A DNA stretch of 64,000 bases from the NCBI GenBank assembly GCA_963677485.1, contig OY781964.1, forward strand, positions 2,304,001 to 2,368,000. Direction: 5' to 3'. The notes under the pieces are model-generated. The model did not search any database. It was not told where the DNA came from and worked only from the letters and a program-made list of their open reading frames with translations. Shown here in pieces: positions 9,926 to 19,789 of this stretch (its first letter is position 1; each line of letters opens with the position of its first letter). The translations under genes were made by a program, and so were the position numbers. The DNA comes from Armatimonadota bacterium. Lineage in GTDB: Bacteria; Armatimonadota; HRBIN16.

Positions 9926-10891
9926 ATGGCGTCAGATTTCGAAAACCGCATGAAATCCATGAGATGGCAAAAGCCTGAGTATATCCCCGTCTCGGTGGGC
10001 ATGGTGCCTGCTGTATGGGCGAAATACCGCGAGGAGCTGGATGCGCTTGTCAAGCACCACCCGATCCTGTTCGGCGACCAAAGCGCAGCCCGTAACTACG
10101 ATGAGGTTCACGGCACCTACGTGGCAGGCCACCATGTGGACGCCTGGGGTTGTGTGTGGCACAACGTGCATCAGGGCATGGAGGCCATCGTGAAGGAGCA
10201 CCCGGTGCCCACGCGCGCCGATGTGCATAGGCTCAAGGCCCCGGCTGTGGATGCGGGCTTTCCGCACGGGTTCATGTATCTGCGTCTGGGTGACCTGCGC
10301 GGGTTTGAGGAGATCATGCTGGACTTCGGCGAGGAACCGGAAGAGCTTCAGATGCTGATTGACATCGTGTGCAACTACCATGTGCGTCAGGCGGAGATCA
10401 TGTATTCGCATTTGGCGGTCGGCACGGAGATGGTCTATTTTGGCGATGACCTTGGTATGCAGCATGCGCTGCCCATCAGCCCCGCGAAATGGCGGAAATA
10501 CCTCAAACCAGCCTATGAGAAGATATACCGCATCTTCCGCGAGGCCGGCATCGCCATCTATATGCATACCGATGGGCATATCTTTGAGATCATCCCAGAC
10601 TTGGTGGACGTGGGCGTGACGGTGGTGAATCCCCAAATCCGGGCGAACGGCATCGATAATCTGGTGCGTGTCTGTAGGGGCAAGGTCTGCGTGGACCTCG
10701 ATCTGGACAGGCAGATGTTCCCCTTCTGCACGCCTGCCGATATTGACGAGCATGTGCATGAGTGCGTAGATAAGCTGGGCTCGCCAGAGGGCGGCCTTTG
10801 GCTGAAAGCGGAGATCAACGACGATTACCCGCTGGAGAACATCGAGGCGATATGTTGCGCACTGGAGAAATACAGGCTGTATTACTCGTAG
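9926..10891 (+). CDS. Uroporphyrinogen decarboxylase/MtaA-CmuA family protein
   Basis: DAWGCVW, LRGFEE, FGDDLGMQ, MHTDG motifs; GAGGAG RBS. Confidence 0.8.
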   Translation: MASDFENRMKSMRWQKPEYIPVSVGMVPAVWAKYREELDALVKHHPILFGDQSAARNYDEVHGTYVAGHHVDAWGCVWHNVHQGMEAIVKEHPVPTRADVHRLKAPAVDAGFPHGFMYLRLGDLRGFEEIMLDFGEEPEELQMLIDIVCNYHVRQAEIMYSHLAVGTEMVYFGDDLGMQHALPISPAKWRKYLKPAYEKIYRIFREAGIAIYMHTDGHIFEIIPDLVDVGVTVVNPQIRANGIDNLVRVCRGKVCVDLDLDRQMFPFCTPADIDEHVHECVDKLGSPEGGLWLKAEINDDYPLENIEAICCALEKYRLYYS

Positions 10892-10960
10892 CTTTCTGGC
10901 GAGATTACCACAATTGGTATATAGTGGTTTTAATGCTATAAATCTCTGAGAGGTAAACTG

Positions 10961-12037
10961 ATGAATAAGACAATATATCGCCTATCTATGCTCATGCTGG
11001 TGATGGTGAGCATCGCAAGTATCGCCGCGGCCAAACCGTCTCTGAAATGTACACCCGATGGAACCTTCAAGGTGCTGATGATGAGCGACCTGCAAGACGG
11101 CGCTCAGATGGATCCACGGACACTGGCTCTCTCTGAGAAGCTGTTGCAGATCGAGAAGCCTGATGTGGTGATCATCGGTGGCGACTGTATCGCCGGTTAC
11201 GATGGCTCCGTGCAGACACTCGAAAGCACCAAACAGGCGATGGCATGTGTGGCTCAGGTGTTCGAAAAGAACCGTGTGCCCTGGGCGGTGGTGTTGGGAA
11301 ATCACGACACCGAACATTCAGACAAGCTGGTATTCACCCGGCAGGATATGATCCGTACCTACATGGCCTACCCCAACAATGTCAACAAGCTGGGTCCGAA
11401 GGACATCCACGGCGCGGGTAATGACTGTCTCACCATTAAGGACAGCAAGGGCAAGAAGCCAGTGTTCAACCTGTGGCTGCTGGATTCGGGCATGTATGCC
11501 CCTGCTTCGGTGCAGGATTTTACCAAGAAGCTGACGGTCGGCCCAGACGAAAACCCCTGGCTACAGTATGAATGGATTCATACCGACCAAGTCTGGTGGT
11601 ATTACAAAACCTCACAGCAGATGGAAAAGCGGTATGGTGCGAAAATCCCAGGCCTGATGTACTTCCATATGCCCATCCGTGAGTTCATCGACGTGGTCAA
11701 GAACAAACTGGCGGTAGGCGACCGGTATGAGGGCATTGGCTGCAGTAGTGTCAACAGCGGCTTAATGGCCGCCATACAGGAACGTGGTGATGTTAAGGGC
11801 ATATTCTGCGGACACGAGCACGTGAATAACTTCGCCGGTGAGTGGATGGGCGTGATGTTGGGATACGACGCCTCCAACACCTACTCCAAGGCCTCCTACA
11901 ATCTGCCCGACACCGACCCGAACAACGTCCGCACCCGCGGGGCCCGTGTGTTTGTCATCAGCGAGAAAGACCCCTGGAATTTTAAGACCTGGATGCGCTT
12001 CAGTGACGGCACCCAGGGGCCTGTGTTGCCGAAGTAA
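10961..12037 (+). CDS. Secreted calcineurin-like metallophosphoesterase (Dcr2/PAP-like)
   Basis: SDLQ, GGD, GNHD, FHMP, CGHEH motifs; signal peptide. Confidence 0.85.
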   Translation: MNKTIYRLSMLMLVMVSIASIAAAKPSLKCTPDGTFKVLMMSDLQDGAQMDPRTLALSEKLLQIEKPDVVIIGGDCIAGYDGSVQTLESTKQAMACVAQVFEKNRVPWAVVLGNHDTEHSDKLVFTRQDMIRTYMAYPNNVNKLGPKDIHGAGNDCLTIKDSKGKKPVFNLWLLDSGMYAPASVQDFTKKLTVGPDENPWLQYEWIHTDQVWWYYKTSQQMEKRYGAKIPGLMYFHMPIREFIDVVKNKLAVGDRYEGIGCSSVNSGLMAAIQERGDVKGIFCGHEHVNNFAGEWMGVMLGYDASNTYSKASYNLPDTDPNNVRTRGARVFVISEKDPWNFKTWMRFSDGTQGPVLPK

Positions 12038-12051
12038 TAGGATGAAATGAA

Positions 12052-12631
12052 TGGCTATGTCCGGGCGGTCTTACAGAAAGCTTGCATTTACGGAAGGCTC
12101 AAGACCGCGCCGGTCTGGCGGATAGCCTGAAACCCCTCGTCCCGCATGAAACAAGACCGGCGCGGTTAGGGGAAAACCGCCCCGGACATCGGCAATCAAG
12201 ACCGGCGCGGTTAGGGAAAACCGCCCCGGACATTGGCAATTAGTGGTTTCAGGAAGATATTAATGGCTATGTCCGGGGCGGTCTGACAGAAGGCCAGCGG
12301 GTGCAGAAGGCTTAAGACCGCGCCGGTCTGGCGGATAGCCTGAAATCTCTCGTCCCGCATGAAACAAGACCGGCGCGGTTAGGAGAAAACCGCCCCGGAC
12401 TTAGGCAATCAAGACCGGCGCGAAGGCAAACCGCCCTGGACATTGGCAAATAGTGGTTTCAGGAATATATGAATGGCTATGTCCGGGGCGGTCTGACAGA
12501 AGGCCAGCGGGTGCAGAAGGCTCAAGACCGCGCCGGTCTGGCGGATAGCCTGAAACCACTTGTCCCGCATGAAACAAGACCGGCGCGGTTGGGGAAAACC
12601 GCTCGGACTTAGGCAATCAAGACCGGCGCGG
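12052..12631. repeat. Composite palindromic repeat cluster (family R1), three modules
   Basis: Same blocks as 9343-9780. Confidence 0.9.
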
Positions 12632-12797
12632 AAGGAAATAACCCCGCTGGTCATATACCCTTTGCGCCTTTGCACCATTGCGCCTTTGCGTTGGATTCTT
12701 CCCTTAGTGTCTATTCGTGGTGTCCATTCCACCCGAACTTGGGCAAATCGGAAATCGCACCGTTTGAGCACGAAATCAGAGACATATATGTACAAGT

Positions 12798-12827
12798 TTG
12801 CCACTTGACAAAGGCGTTTTGTATAAT
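12798..12827 (+). promoter_or_regulatory. Putative sigma70 promoter of secDF
   Basis: TTGCCA (12798-12803), 18 nt, TATAAT (12822-12827). Confidence 0.5.
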
Positions 12828-12878
12828 GCCTCTAGGATCAAAAGCCTATTTTTACAGGTATCCGTGGAGGAGTTCAGG

Positions 12879-15167
12879 TTGAACACACACATGCGGTGGT
12901 GGATCGTCATTGCTGTAGCCACCATTCTCGCCATTACTGGCGTCATCATTATGCCGTTCAAACAAGGTCTCGACCTTAAGGGCGGCGTTCGAGTTGTGCT
13001 TCAGGCACAGAAGGACCAGCTTCCGCCGGAGAAGCAGAAGACCTGGGGACCGGAGCAGATGCACCAGGTCGCGAGTATCGTGCGAAACCGCGTGGATGGT
13101 CTTGGCGTTGCCGAGCCCGTTATCACCGAACAGCTCGATAAAAACCGCATCGTGGTAGAGCTCCCCGGTGTTGTCAATGAGCTTGATGCGCTGCGCATCA
13201 TTCAAACCACTGCGCAGCTAGAGTTCCGTTACCTTCCCTCTGTCGTGACCGATCGTAACATGAGTGCCCGATATAAACTCAGCACTTTAAAAGATCGCAA
13301 CGGCAAAGAGGTGGTCGATGTTCTTGATACCATCGACAATAAGTTAGTGCCCGTCGCGGACTTCCTGAAGACGGATTCCCAGATGGTAGTCACCGGTGCC
13401 GATTTGGTATCGACTCGTGTCGAAGCAAGTCAGGCCGGCAAGCCTGAGGTGGCCTTCGAATTCAATGCCGATGGCGCACGCACGTTCGGTGAATTCACCC
13501 GAACCCACATCGGCGATATCCTGGCCATCGTGCTTGATAACCGCATTATCTCCGCGCCAGTGATTAACTCGGCGATTCTTGAAGGTAAGGGCGTGATTGA
13601 GGGCAGCTTTGATATGAAAGAGGCGGCGGAGCTGAGTAACCTGCTGAACAGCGGTTCTCTTCCTGTGCCACTTTCGATCATACAAACCAGCAAGATCGGT
13701 GCGACCATCGGTAAAGAAGCTGTACACCAGAGCTTGCTTGCCGGCATCGTGGGTCTGGGCTTAGTTTTGATATTTATGGTCAGCTTCTACTATGTGCCTG
13801 GTATCGTGGCATGTATTGCGCTGGCACTTTACACACTATTCAGCCTGGCTGTTTACAAGGCGATCGGGGCCACGTTCACTGTGCCCGGTATCGCCGCGTT
13901 CATTCTGTCTATTGGTATGGCAGTTGATGCCAACGTGCTGATATTTGAGCGCGTCAAAGAGGAACTGCGCCACGGCAAAACCATCAAGCAGTCCATTGAT
14001 GATGGCTTTAAGCGCGCCTTTTCCGCCATTCTAGACAGCAACATCTGCTCAATTATCACATGTATTATTTTGTGGAATATGGGCAACGGCTCCATCAAGG
14101 GTTTTGCTCTGATGCTGGGCCTGGGTGTGGTCATCTCGATGTTCACAGCCATCACCGTCACACGCACCATGCTGTGGACGCTGGTAGACATGAATATCGC
14201 CCACGACCCCAAGTATTTTGGTGCCAACCGCGGCATCAGGTTCAACGTTGATGTCATCAACAAGCGAAACATCTGGTTTGCGTTTTCGGGTGTGATCGTG
14301 GTGCTGGGGATTGCGTTCTATGCCATGCATGGCTTCAAACTGGGTGTTGACTTCACCGGTGGAAGCGAACTCTCCTTGAAATACACCAAAACTGTCACAG
14401 CAGGACAGGTGCAGGACAAGCTGAAGAGCATGGGATACAATGATGCCAGCGCGATTGTGAGCAGCGACGGCACCACTGTTTACGTGCGCAACAAAGAGAT
14501 GAACGCAGGCCAAAAAGAGACCATGAAGCAGGGTCTCGCTACCCTGGCGCCCAACAATGCCGCCAGCTTTGAGCAAGGCTTCGAGGAGGTCAGCGGACTG
14601 GTTTCCGGTGAGCAGACGAAGAGTGCCACGCTGGCTGTAGTATTGAGCTGGGCGTTGATCCTTCTCTACATCGCTATCCGGTTCGCTATCGGTGGTGTGA
14701 AGCAGGGCTTCAAGTTTGGTGCGGCGGCCATCATCGCCGTGTTGCATGACGTGTTTGTGCTATGCGGACTGTTCGCCATCATGGGCACCATCTCTGGGTG
14801 GCAGGTCGATTCGTTGTTCGTCACTGCGATGCTTACGCTGATCGGATTTAGCACCCACGATACCATCGTGGTGTTCGACCGTATCCGTGAGAACCTGCGG
14901 CATCAGTCGAAAGAGGAGCACTATGACGACTTGGTCAACCGCTCCATCAACGAAACGCTGGGCCGGTCGGTGAACACGTCCATGACGGTAGTGCTGACGC
15001 TGGTTGCTCTGTTGATTTTCGGCAGCCCTGTAACCAAATTGTTCAACATCGCGTTGATCGTTGGTATCATCACAGGAACCTATAGCTCTATCTTCAACGC
15101 ATCACCCATCGTGGTGGTGTGGGAGAAGATGGCTGCTGCCCGTGCAGCCAAGGTTAAAGGCGCGTAG
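12879..15167 (+). CDS. secDF: Fused protein translocase subunit SecDF
   Basis: GLDLKGG, IVVELPG, AIVLDNRIISAP, GMAVDANVLIFER, GVDFTGG, DTIVVFDRIRE motifs; GGAGG RBS before TTG 12879 (alternative ATG 12891). Confidence 0.95.
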   Translation: MNTHMRWWIVIAVATILAITGVIIMPFKQGLDLKGGVRVVLQAQKDQLPPEKQKTWGPEQMHQVASIVRNRVDGLGVAEPVITEQLDKNRIVVELPGVVNELDALRIIQTTAQLEFRYLPSVVTDRNMSARYKLSTLKDRNGKEVVDVLDTIDNKLVPVADFLKTDSQMVVTGADLVSTRVEASQAGKPEVAFEFNADGARTFGEFTRTHIGDILAIVLDNRIISAPVINSAILEGKGVIEGSFDMKEAAELSNLLNSGSLPVPLSIIQTSKIGATIGKEAVHQSLLAGIVGLGLVLIFMVSFYYVPGIVACIALALYTLFSLAVYKAIGATFTVPGIAAFILSIGMAVDANVLIFERVKEELRHGKTIKQSIDDGFKRAFSAILDSNICSIITCIILWNMGNGSIKGFALMLGLGVVISMFTAITVTRTMLWTLVDMNIAHDPKYFGANRGIRFNVDVINKRNIWFAFSGVIVVLGIAFYAMHGFKLGVDFTGGSELSLKYTKTVTAGQVQDKLKSMGYNDASAIVSSDGTTVYVRNKEMNAGQKETMKQGLATLAPNNAASFEQGFEEVSGLVSGEQTKSATLAVVLSWALILLYIAIRFAIGGVKQGFKFGAAAIIAVLHDVFVLCGLFAIMGTISGWQVDSLFVTAMLTLIGFSTHDTIVVFDRIRENLRHQSKEEHYDDLVNRSINETLGRSVNTSMTVVLTLVALLIFGSPVTKLFNIALIVGIITGTYSSIFNASPIVVVWEKMAAARAAKVKGA

Positions 15168-15200
15168 TTTCCGCAGCGACCTTCGATATCCAGTAAAATA

Positions 15201-15229
15201 GAGAGGGCGGAGCAATGCTCCGCCCTCTC
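15201..15229. terminator. Hairpin between secDF and recJ
   Basis: gagagggcggagc-aat-gctccgccctctc; weak U-tract, so possibly a stabiliser rather than a terminator. Confidence 0.4.
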
Positions 15230-15267
15230 GCCGTTACCTATCTCTACCCCTGGGAGTTACCTGTTAA

Positions 15268-17001
15268 GTGCTTCAACCTATTATTTCGGCTAGATGGTGC
15301 ATCCGCAATGTAGACCTGTCCGCTGTGAACTCAATGGCATCCGAGCTGCATGTGCCTATGCTGACCGCCCGTGCCTTAGTCGGACGCGGTTTTGAGGATA
15401 TACACCAAGCCGAATGGTTTATGAAGCCGGAATGGGAGCACCTTCCCGACCCCATGCTGCTGCCCGATGCTCAGAAGGCGGTCGATCGGTTGAAATTGGC
15501 GATCGAGCGTAAGGAGAAAATCCTGGTTCATGGCGATTATGACGTGGACGGCATCACCGCCACTGCTTTGTGGGTAGACAGCCTGTCCAGACTAAAGGCT
15601 GAGGTGGTTCCGCGAATCCCGCACCGTAAGAAGGATGGGTATGGTATTAAGGTGGGCACCGTGAAGGAAGCCGCTAGTCGGAATGTCAAACTCATCCTCA
15701 CCTGTGACTGCGGCATCCACGCGCATGATGTGGTGGAGGCGGCGCGGCTGGCTGGTATTGATGTGATCATCACGGACCACCACGAACCTGGCAGTGAAAT
15801 ACCTAAAGCGGTGGCGGTGGTCAACCCGCATATCGCAGGTAGTCTGTATCCCTTTATACACCTGAGTGGGGTGGGGGTGACATACCGGCTGTGCGAGGCG
15901 CTGGTGGCCAGCCTTGGGTATCCGGTGCAGAGTTTCCGCGAACGCTACCTGGACCTGGTCACGCTGGGCACTGTGGCCGATGTGATGCCTCTGCTGGGTG
16001 ATAACCGCATCATCTGTCATCATGGCCTGGGTGCCATCTGCAACAGCAAACGGCCAGGAATCAAGGCCCTGCTCAAAGCAGCCCATTTGGACGTGCCTGA
16101 GCGCGGTGTGTGCGTGCGCAACGTGCAGTTTGCCCTCGCCCCGCGTATCAATGCGGTGGGGCGTATGGCCGACGCGCAGTTAGCCCTGGATTTGATGATT
16201 ACCGGCAGCGAGGAGCGCGCACAACGGCTGGCGGCCAAGTTGGAGAGCTGCAACAATGAACGTCGCGCTGAACAGGAAAAGGTGATGGAGCAGGCCCTGG
16301 CCATCGTTGAATCCGAATATACCGAGCAGGACCGTGTGCTGGCACTGCACAACGAGGACTGGGATAGCGGGATCATCGGTATCGTGGCAGGAAAACTTCT
16401 TGACCGTTATGGCCGTCCTACTATTATGATGACCAGGGAGGCCGGCAGCACATATTGGCGCGGCTCAGCGCGTAGCCTGGGCGGATTTGACATCATTGAG
16501 GCGTTCCGGCAGCACGGCCATCTGTTCGTCGAGTTTGGCGGACATACGCAAGCGGCTGGGTTCAGTATCAAGGAAGAAAATATCCCCCTGCTGCGGCAGC
16601 AGCTCAATGAGTATGCGGCCAGATTGATGCCCAGTGCTGAGTTGGCACCTGAGATATATTACGATGGGATAGCCGAGGGCGGGGAAATCGGAGCTGAACT
16701 GCTGAGCAGTCTGGAGCAGATGGAACCCTGCGGCGAAGGCAACCCGGAGACGCTGTTTATGCTGGCGAATGTGACACTTGTGGACAGCCGGAACCTGGGT
16801 CTTGAGAACCAGCATTGGAAGTTCCGCGTAAGCTCCGGCGGGCAGCAGCACGAGTGCATCGGGTTTTATCTGGGCGATCAGAGCGGACAGTTTGAAGTGG
16901 GCGACCAGCTCGATATCTTGTTCCACCCCGAATGGAACCACTTCAATGGTGAAGCGCGCATACAGATGCGTATCCGCGACGTGCGTCGTTGTGTAAACTG
17001 A
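15268..17001 (+). CDS. recJ: ssDNA-specific exonuclease RecJ
   Basis: GDYDVDG, TCDCG, TDHH, GTVADV, APRINAVGR, GSARS, GGH..AAG motifs. Confidence 0.95.
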   Translation: MLQPIISARWCIRNVDLSAVNSMASELHVPMLTARALVGRGFEDIHQAEWFMKPEWEHLPDPMLLPDAQKAVDRLKLAIERKEKILVHGDYDVDGITATALWVDSLSRLKAEVVPRIPHRKKDGYGIKVGTVKEAASRNVKLILTCDCGIHAHDVVEAARLAGIDVIITDHHEPGSEIPKAVAVVNPHIAGSLYPFIHLSGVGVTYRLCEALVASLGYPVQSFRERYLDLVTLGTVADVMPLLGDNRIICHHGLGAICNSKRPGIKALLKAAHLDVPERGVCVRNVQFALAPRINAVGRMADAQLALDLMITGSEERAQRLAAKLESCNNERRAEQEKVMEQALAIVESEYTEQDRVLALHNEDWDSGIIGIVAGKLLDRYGRPTIMMTREAGSTYWRGSARSLGGFDIIEAFRQHGHLFVEFGGHTQAAGFSIKEENIPLLRQQLNEYAARLMPSAELAPEIYYDGIAEGGEIGAELLSSLEQMEPCGEGNPETLFMLANVTLVDSRNLGLENQHWKFRVSSGGQQHECIGFYLGDQSGQFEVGDQLDILFHPEWNHFNGEARIQMRIRDVRRCVN

Positions 17002-17081
17002 TGATATTTCCGCCTGCGTATTGCACATTATAGGCAATATCGGGTATCCTTCATTCATAGTCGACTAAGGAGGCAGATATC

Positions 17082-17537
17082 GTGAAGCGAATTCTTATGC
17101 TGGCCATACTGGCCATATTCTGTGTAATGCCAATCACCGGTTGCGGTGGAGGCGAAGATGCCCTTGGCGTGAATTCTACCGTTGAAGTGTATGCCGAAAC
17201 GGATACTGTGGCCGATATGGCAGACATTGACGTGATCACTTCCCCACAGGAAGGCTGGTACGACGCTTGGGATGCCTGCAGTTATTATGCGACTGGGTTC
17301 GGATGCAACCGAGAATCCGTCGGATCTCGATACCTGAGCTATGGCTTCAGCACGCAAAGTGTCGCCTCATCGCGTCCGTATTATCTGTGGGTGGTCAATA
17401 ACAGCTCTCGATACATCAATGTGTATCTTGAAGTGAAGATGGACGGCACCGTCAAACGGTACGGAAATGTGCGAATCGCACCGAATACCGCCAGCCACCA
17501 GATGAACATCTATCGCAACAACGCGGACTGGTTCTAG
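17082..17537 (+). CDS. Putative lipoprotein
   Basis: AGGAGG RBS; hydrophobic signal with ITG-C lipobox followed by GGG. Confidence 0.7.
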   Translation: MKRILMLAILAIFCVMPITGCGGGEDALGVNSTVEVYAETDTVADMADIDVITSPQEGWYDAWDACSYYATGFGCNRESVGSRYLSYGFSTQSVASSRPYYLWVVNNSSRYINVYLEVKMDGTVKRYGNVRIAPNTASHQMNIYRNNADWF

Positions 17538-17686
17538 GATAGGTTATCCACAGATTACGCAGATTAACCGCGCCGGTACGCCAGTAACATAACAATTGCT
17601 GTGCAACCCATCTCCGGCGCGGTCTGACGGTAAGCTTTCGTCGGTAGAAGACTGTTCTTCCATGAAAACCATGAATAGACACGAAT

Positions 17687-17728
17687 GGGCGCTATCTGTT
17701 GATCATCAGCGTTGAGGATTATCATTAG
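17687..17728 (+). pseudogene. higB: 3' remnant of a HigB/RelE killer toxin
   Basis: Reads GRYLLIISVEDYH* directly upstream of higA; ..DYH* is the typical HigB C-terminus; the frame is closed upstream by repeat DNA (TGA 17672). Confidence 0.55.
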
Positions 17729-17746
17729 CGACGATTGGAGGACCGT

Positions 17747-18109
17747 ATGACACTACATCGGGTACCGGCACAGATTACACCACCAGGACGCATCGTAGCA
17801 CGCGAACTGGAGGCGCGCGGCTGGACACAAAGGCACTTGGCTACCCTAATAGGACGTCCTGTGCAGGCCATCAACCAGATCGTAAAGGGTAGCAAGCAGA
17901 TCACGCCTGAAACGGCCTTGGTATTTGGTGAAGTTTTTGGTACCTCCGCAGAGTTTTGGGCGAATCTAGAGATGAACTATCGGCTGAATCTGGCCCGTCA
18001 GAAACAAAATGAATCGCTGAATGCAGGTATAGGGACATCTGACCAAAAAACGGATGATGGGTCATACCGGCGTTCACCGAGTCACAGGCAGTTGCTTCCG
18101 CGATCTTAG
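17747..18109 (+). CDS. higA: HigA family antitoxin (XRE HTH)
   Basis: PPG.I...L..RGWTQ..LA..IG....IN.IV.G...ITPETAL....FGTSAEFWANL; GGAGG RBS. Confidence 0.9.
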   Translation: MTLHRVPAQITPPGRIVARELEARGWTQRHLATLIGRPVQAINQIVKGSKQITPETALVFGEVFGTSAEFWANLEMNYRLNLARQKQNESLNAGIGTSDQKTDDGSYRRSPSHRQLLPRS

Positions 18110-18132
18110 TGTGTAGCATAGCTGCAGATGAC

Positions 18133-18345
18133 CGGTCTTCCATGAAAACCACGAATGCACACGAATAGACACGAATTGGGAAGGGCAATCCACAGATTAC
18201 GCAGATGACGCAGATGAGGTGGGTGCCTGCAACTGGCCCATCCGATTCATCCGCGGCTCAGGCATATGACGGGCCACCCTGGGAACGCCAATCTCCCGAT
18301 TGGCCTCTCCCCATCCGCGTCCATCCGTGTCCATCTGCGGTTCTG
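18133..18345. repeat. 9-nt periodic repeats and REP-like palindrome ctgggaacgccaatctcccgattggc
   Basis: cacgaat/gcagat periodicity; the palindrome recurs at about 52709 and 54506. Confidence 0.7.
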
Positions 18346-18467
18346 ACAGATAACCAACCCACCAGCACTGCTTCGACGGGGTCGATCACCACGTAAACGG
18401 GGCAACATTACCGAAAGCCAGCATCAGCAGGGTAAAGCGTACCGCCCGCAGCAGCACGGATGTCCGT

Positions 18468-19436
18468 TTACCGTCCTGGTTCATCAAAACGCCTTCTGTA
18501 TGTGCGTAACATGCTTCGCGGAAATCCAAAAGAATCAGCAATTCGCCATGTTTTGCCATCATTCAAGTTGACATAGTATTTCGTGCGCATGGTGACGATC
18601 AGCAGGTGGCTATTATCCAAGAACACTATGTGTGTGGGATTGGTCCCGGCCATCACATCATTCAACAGAAATCTGCGTACACCCCCTGTCTTCAGGTTCA
18701 CCAGGCCATATTCCATGCCTAATGGCGCCAACAAACTTCCATGTAAACTAATACAGAACACCGCTGATTTCCCGTCAGGCGATACGTCAAAATTACAATC
18801 ACCCACTAAATAGGGTTTATCAATGTCTGGAATTGCGACCTTACTGACCACTTGCTGAGAGACAGCATTCCATAAGACCAGGGCACAGTATGTGTGAAAC
18901 CAAAAACAGTCATTGATGTTTGAGGCTCTCGCAAGATATCCGGGCATGTGTGGCTTTGTGATTTTTCGATGTTTCACATCGATGAGATACGGGGTTGTGG
19001 TCACCCATCGTCCAGAGATATCACAGCTCCACAGCCATGGATATGACCCCAAATCATACATATTTTCATCGATGATCATATCTGGGTGCCGGGAGGTTGA
19101 TATCCGGACAAACGAATCCATTCCACCCGCTTTTTCATTCGGTATGAACTGTTCTGCGGCCACCCGTTGATGTAGATCGTCCCAAAGAAGCGGTGAACCG
19201 GACGTCCGGAACACCTTGCCGGTTTTGATGTCAACAACACCGGTACCGCCCAGAAAATAAACGCTCCGATCGATCTGTGATGCCAATTCACGTGCATCAA
19301 TCGAAGGGTGATGGTATACAACCGCCATCGCCACCACAGTGATCACCATCAGCACTATAAGGCTGATCATGACGCGTTTGACCGTAACCCTGGTTTTCGG
19401 TAAAGGTGTAGGTTCTACAGTAGATGCCATCGTCAT
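18468..19436 (-). CDS. Hypothetical membrane-anchored protein (possible beta-propeller)
   Basis: Single N-terminal TM; DVSPDGK motif; lower GC than its neighbours. Confidence 0.6.
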   Translation of the reverse strand: MTMASTVEPTPLPKTRVTVKRVMISLIVLMVITVVAMAVVYHHPSIDARELASQIDRSVYFLGGTGVVDIKTGKVFRTSGSPLLWDDLHQRVAAEQFIPNEKAGGMDSFVRISTSRHPDMIIDENMYDLGSYPWLWSCDISGRWVTTTPYLIDVKHRKITKPHMPGYLARASNINDCFWFHTYCALVLWNAVSQQVVSKVAIPDIDKPYLVGDCNFDVSPDGKSAVFCISLHGSLLAPLGMEYGLVNLKTGGVRRFLLNDVMAGTNPTHIVFLDNSHLLIVTMRTKYYVNLNDGKTWRIADSFGFPRSMLRTYRRRFDEPGR

Positions 19437-19789
19437 AACCCCTTTTTATGCGGACTTTCATCATACCAACATCATCGTCGGTAGTGTGACGAAACCCGCG
19501 GCGACGTGTCTGGCCGCTGACTTGTCGGCTGATCAACCCCGGTTCGACGGGTTCCTGAGCCCGAGTCATATGGTTTCCATTACATAGTGTTGTCATTGTA
19601 TGACCATATTGGTTGAATGTCAACTGTGAAGATCCACCGTGCCAACAGGCCGTGCAGCGAACAATACTGCCCCGAGCATAGCTATTTCGGTCACCGCGGT
19701 CGGCAGAACAGACCAATTCACCAATCCACATGCAAACAACAGCCCAACCTGTGGTAGCATATACAAAAGCTCACGCAATGGAGGGTATC

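Noticed and set aside
12805-12827. Perfect TTGACA and TATAAT as a promoter pair
   Set aside because: The spacer is only 11 nt; TTGCCA at 12798 gives a plausible 18-nt spacing instead
19297-19731. 144-aa minus-strand ORF upstream of the membrane protein gene
   Set aside because: It overlaps the next gene and repeat-like DNA, has no recognisable motif or RBS, and could at most be a gene remnant
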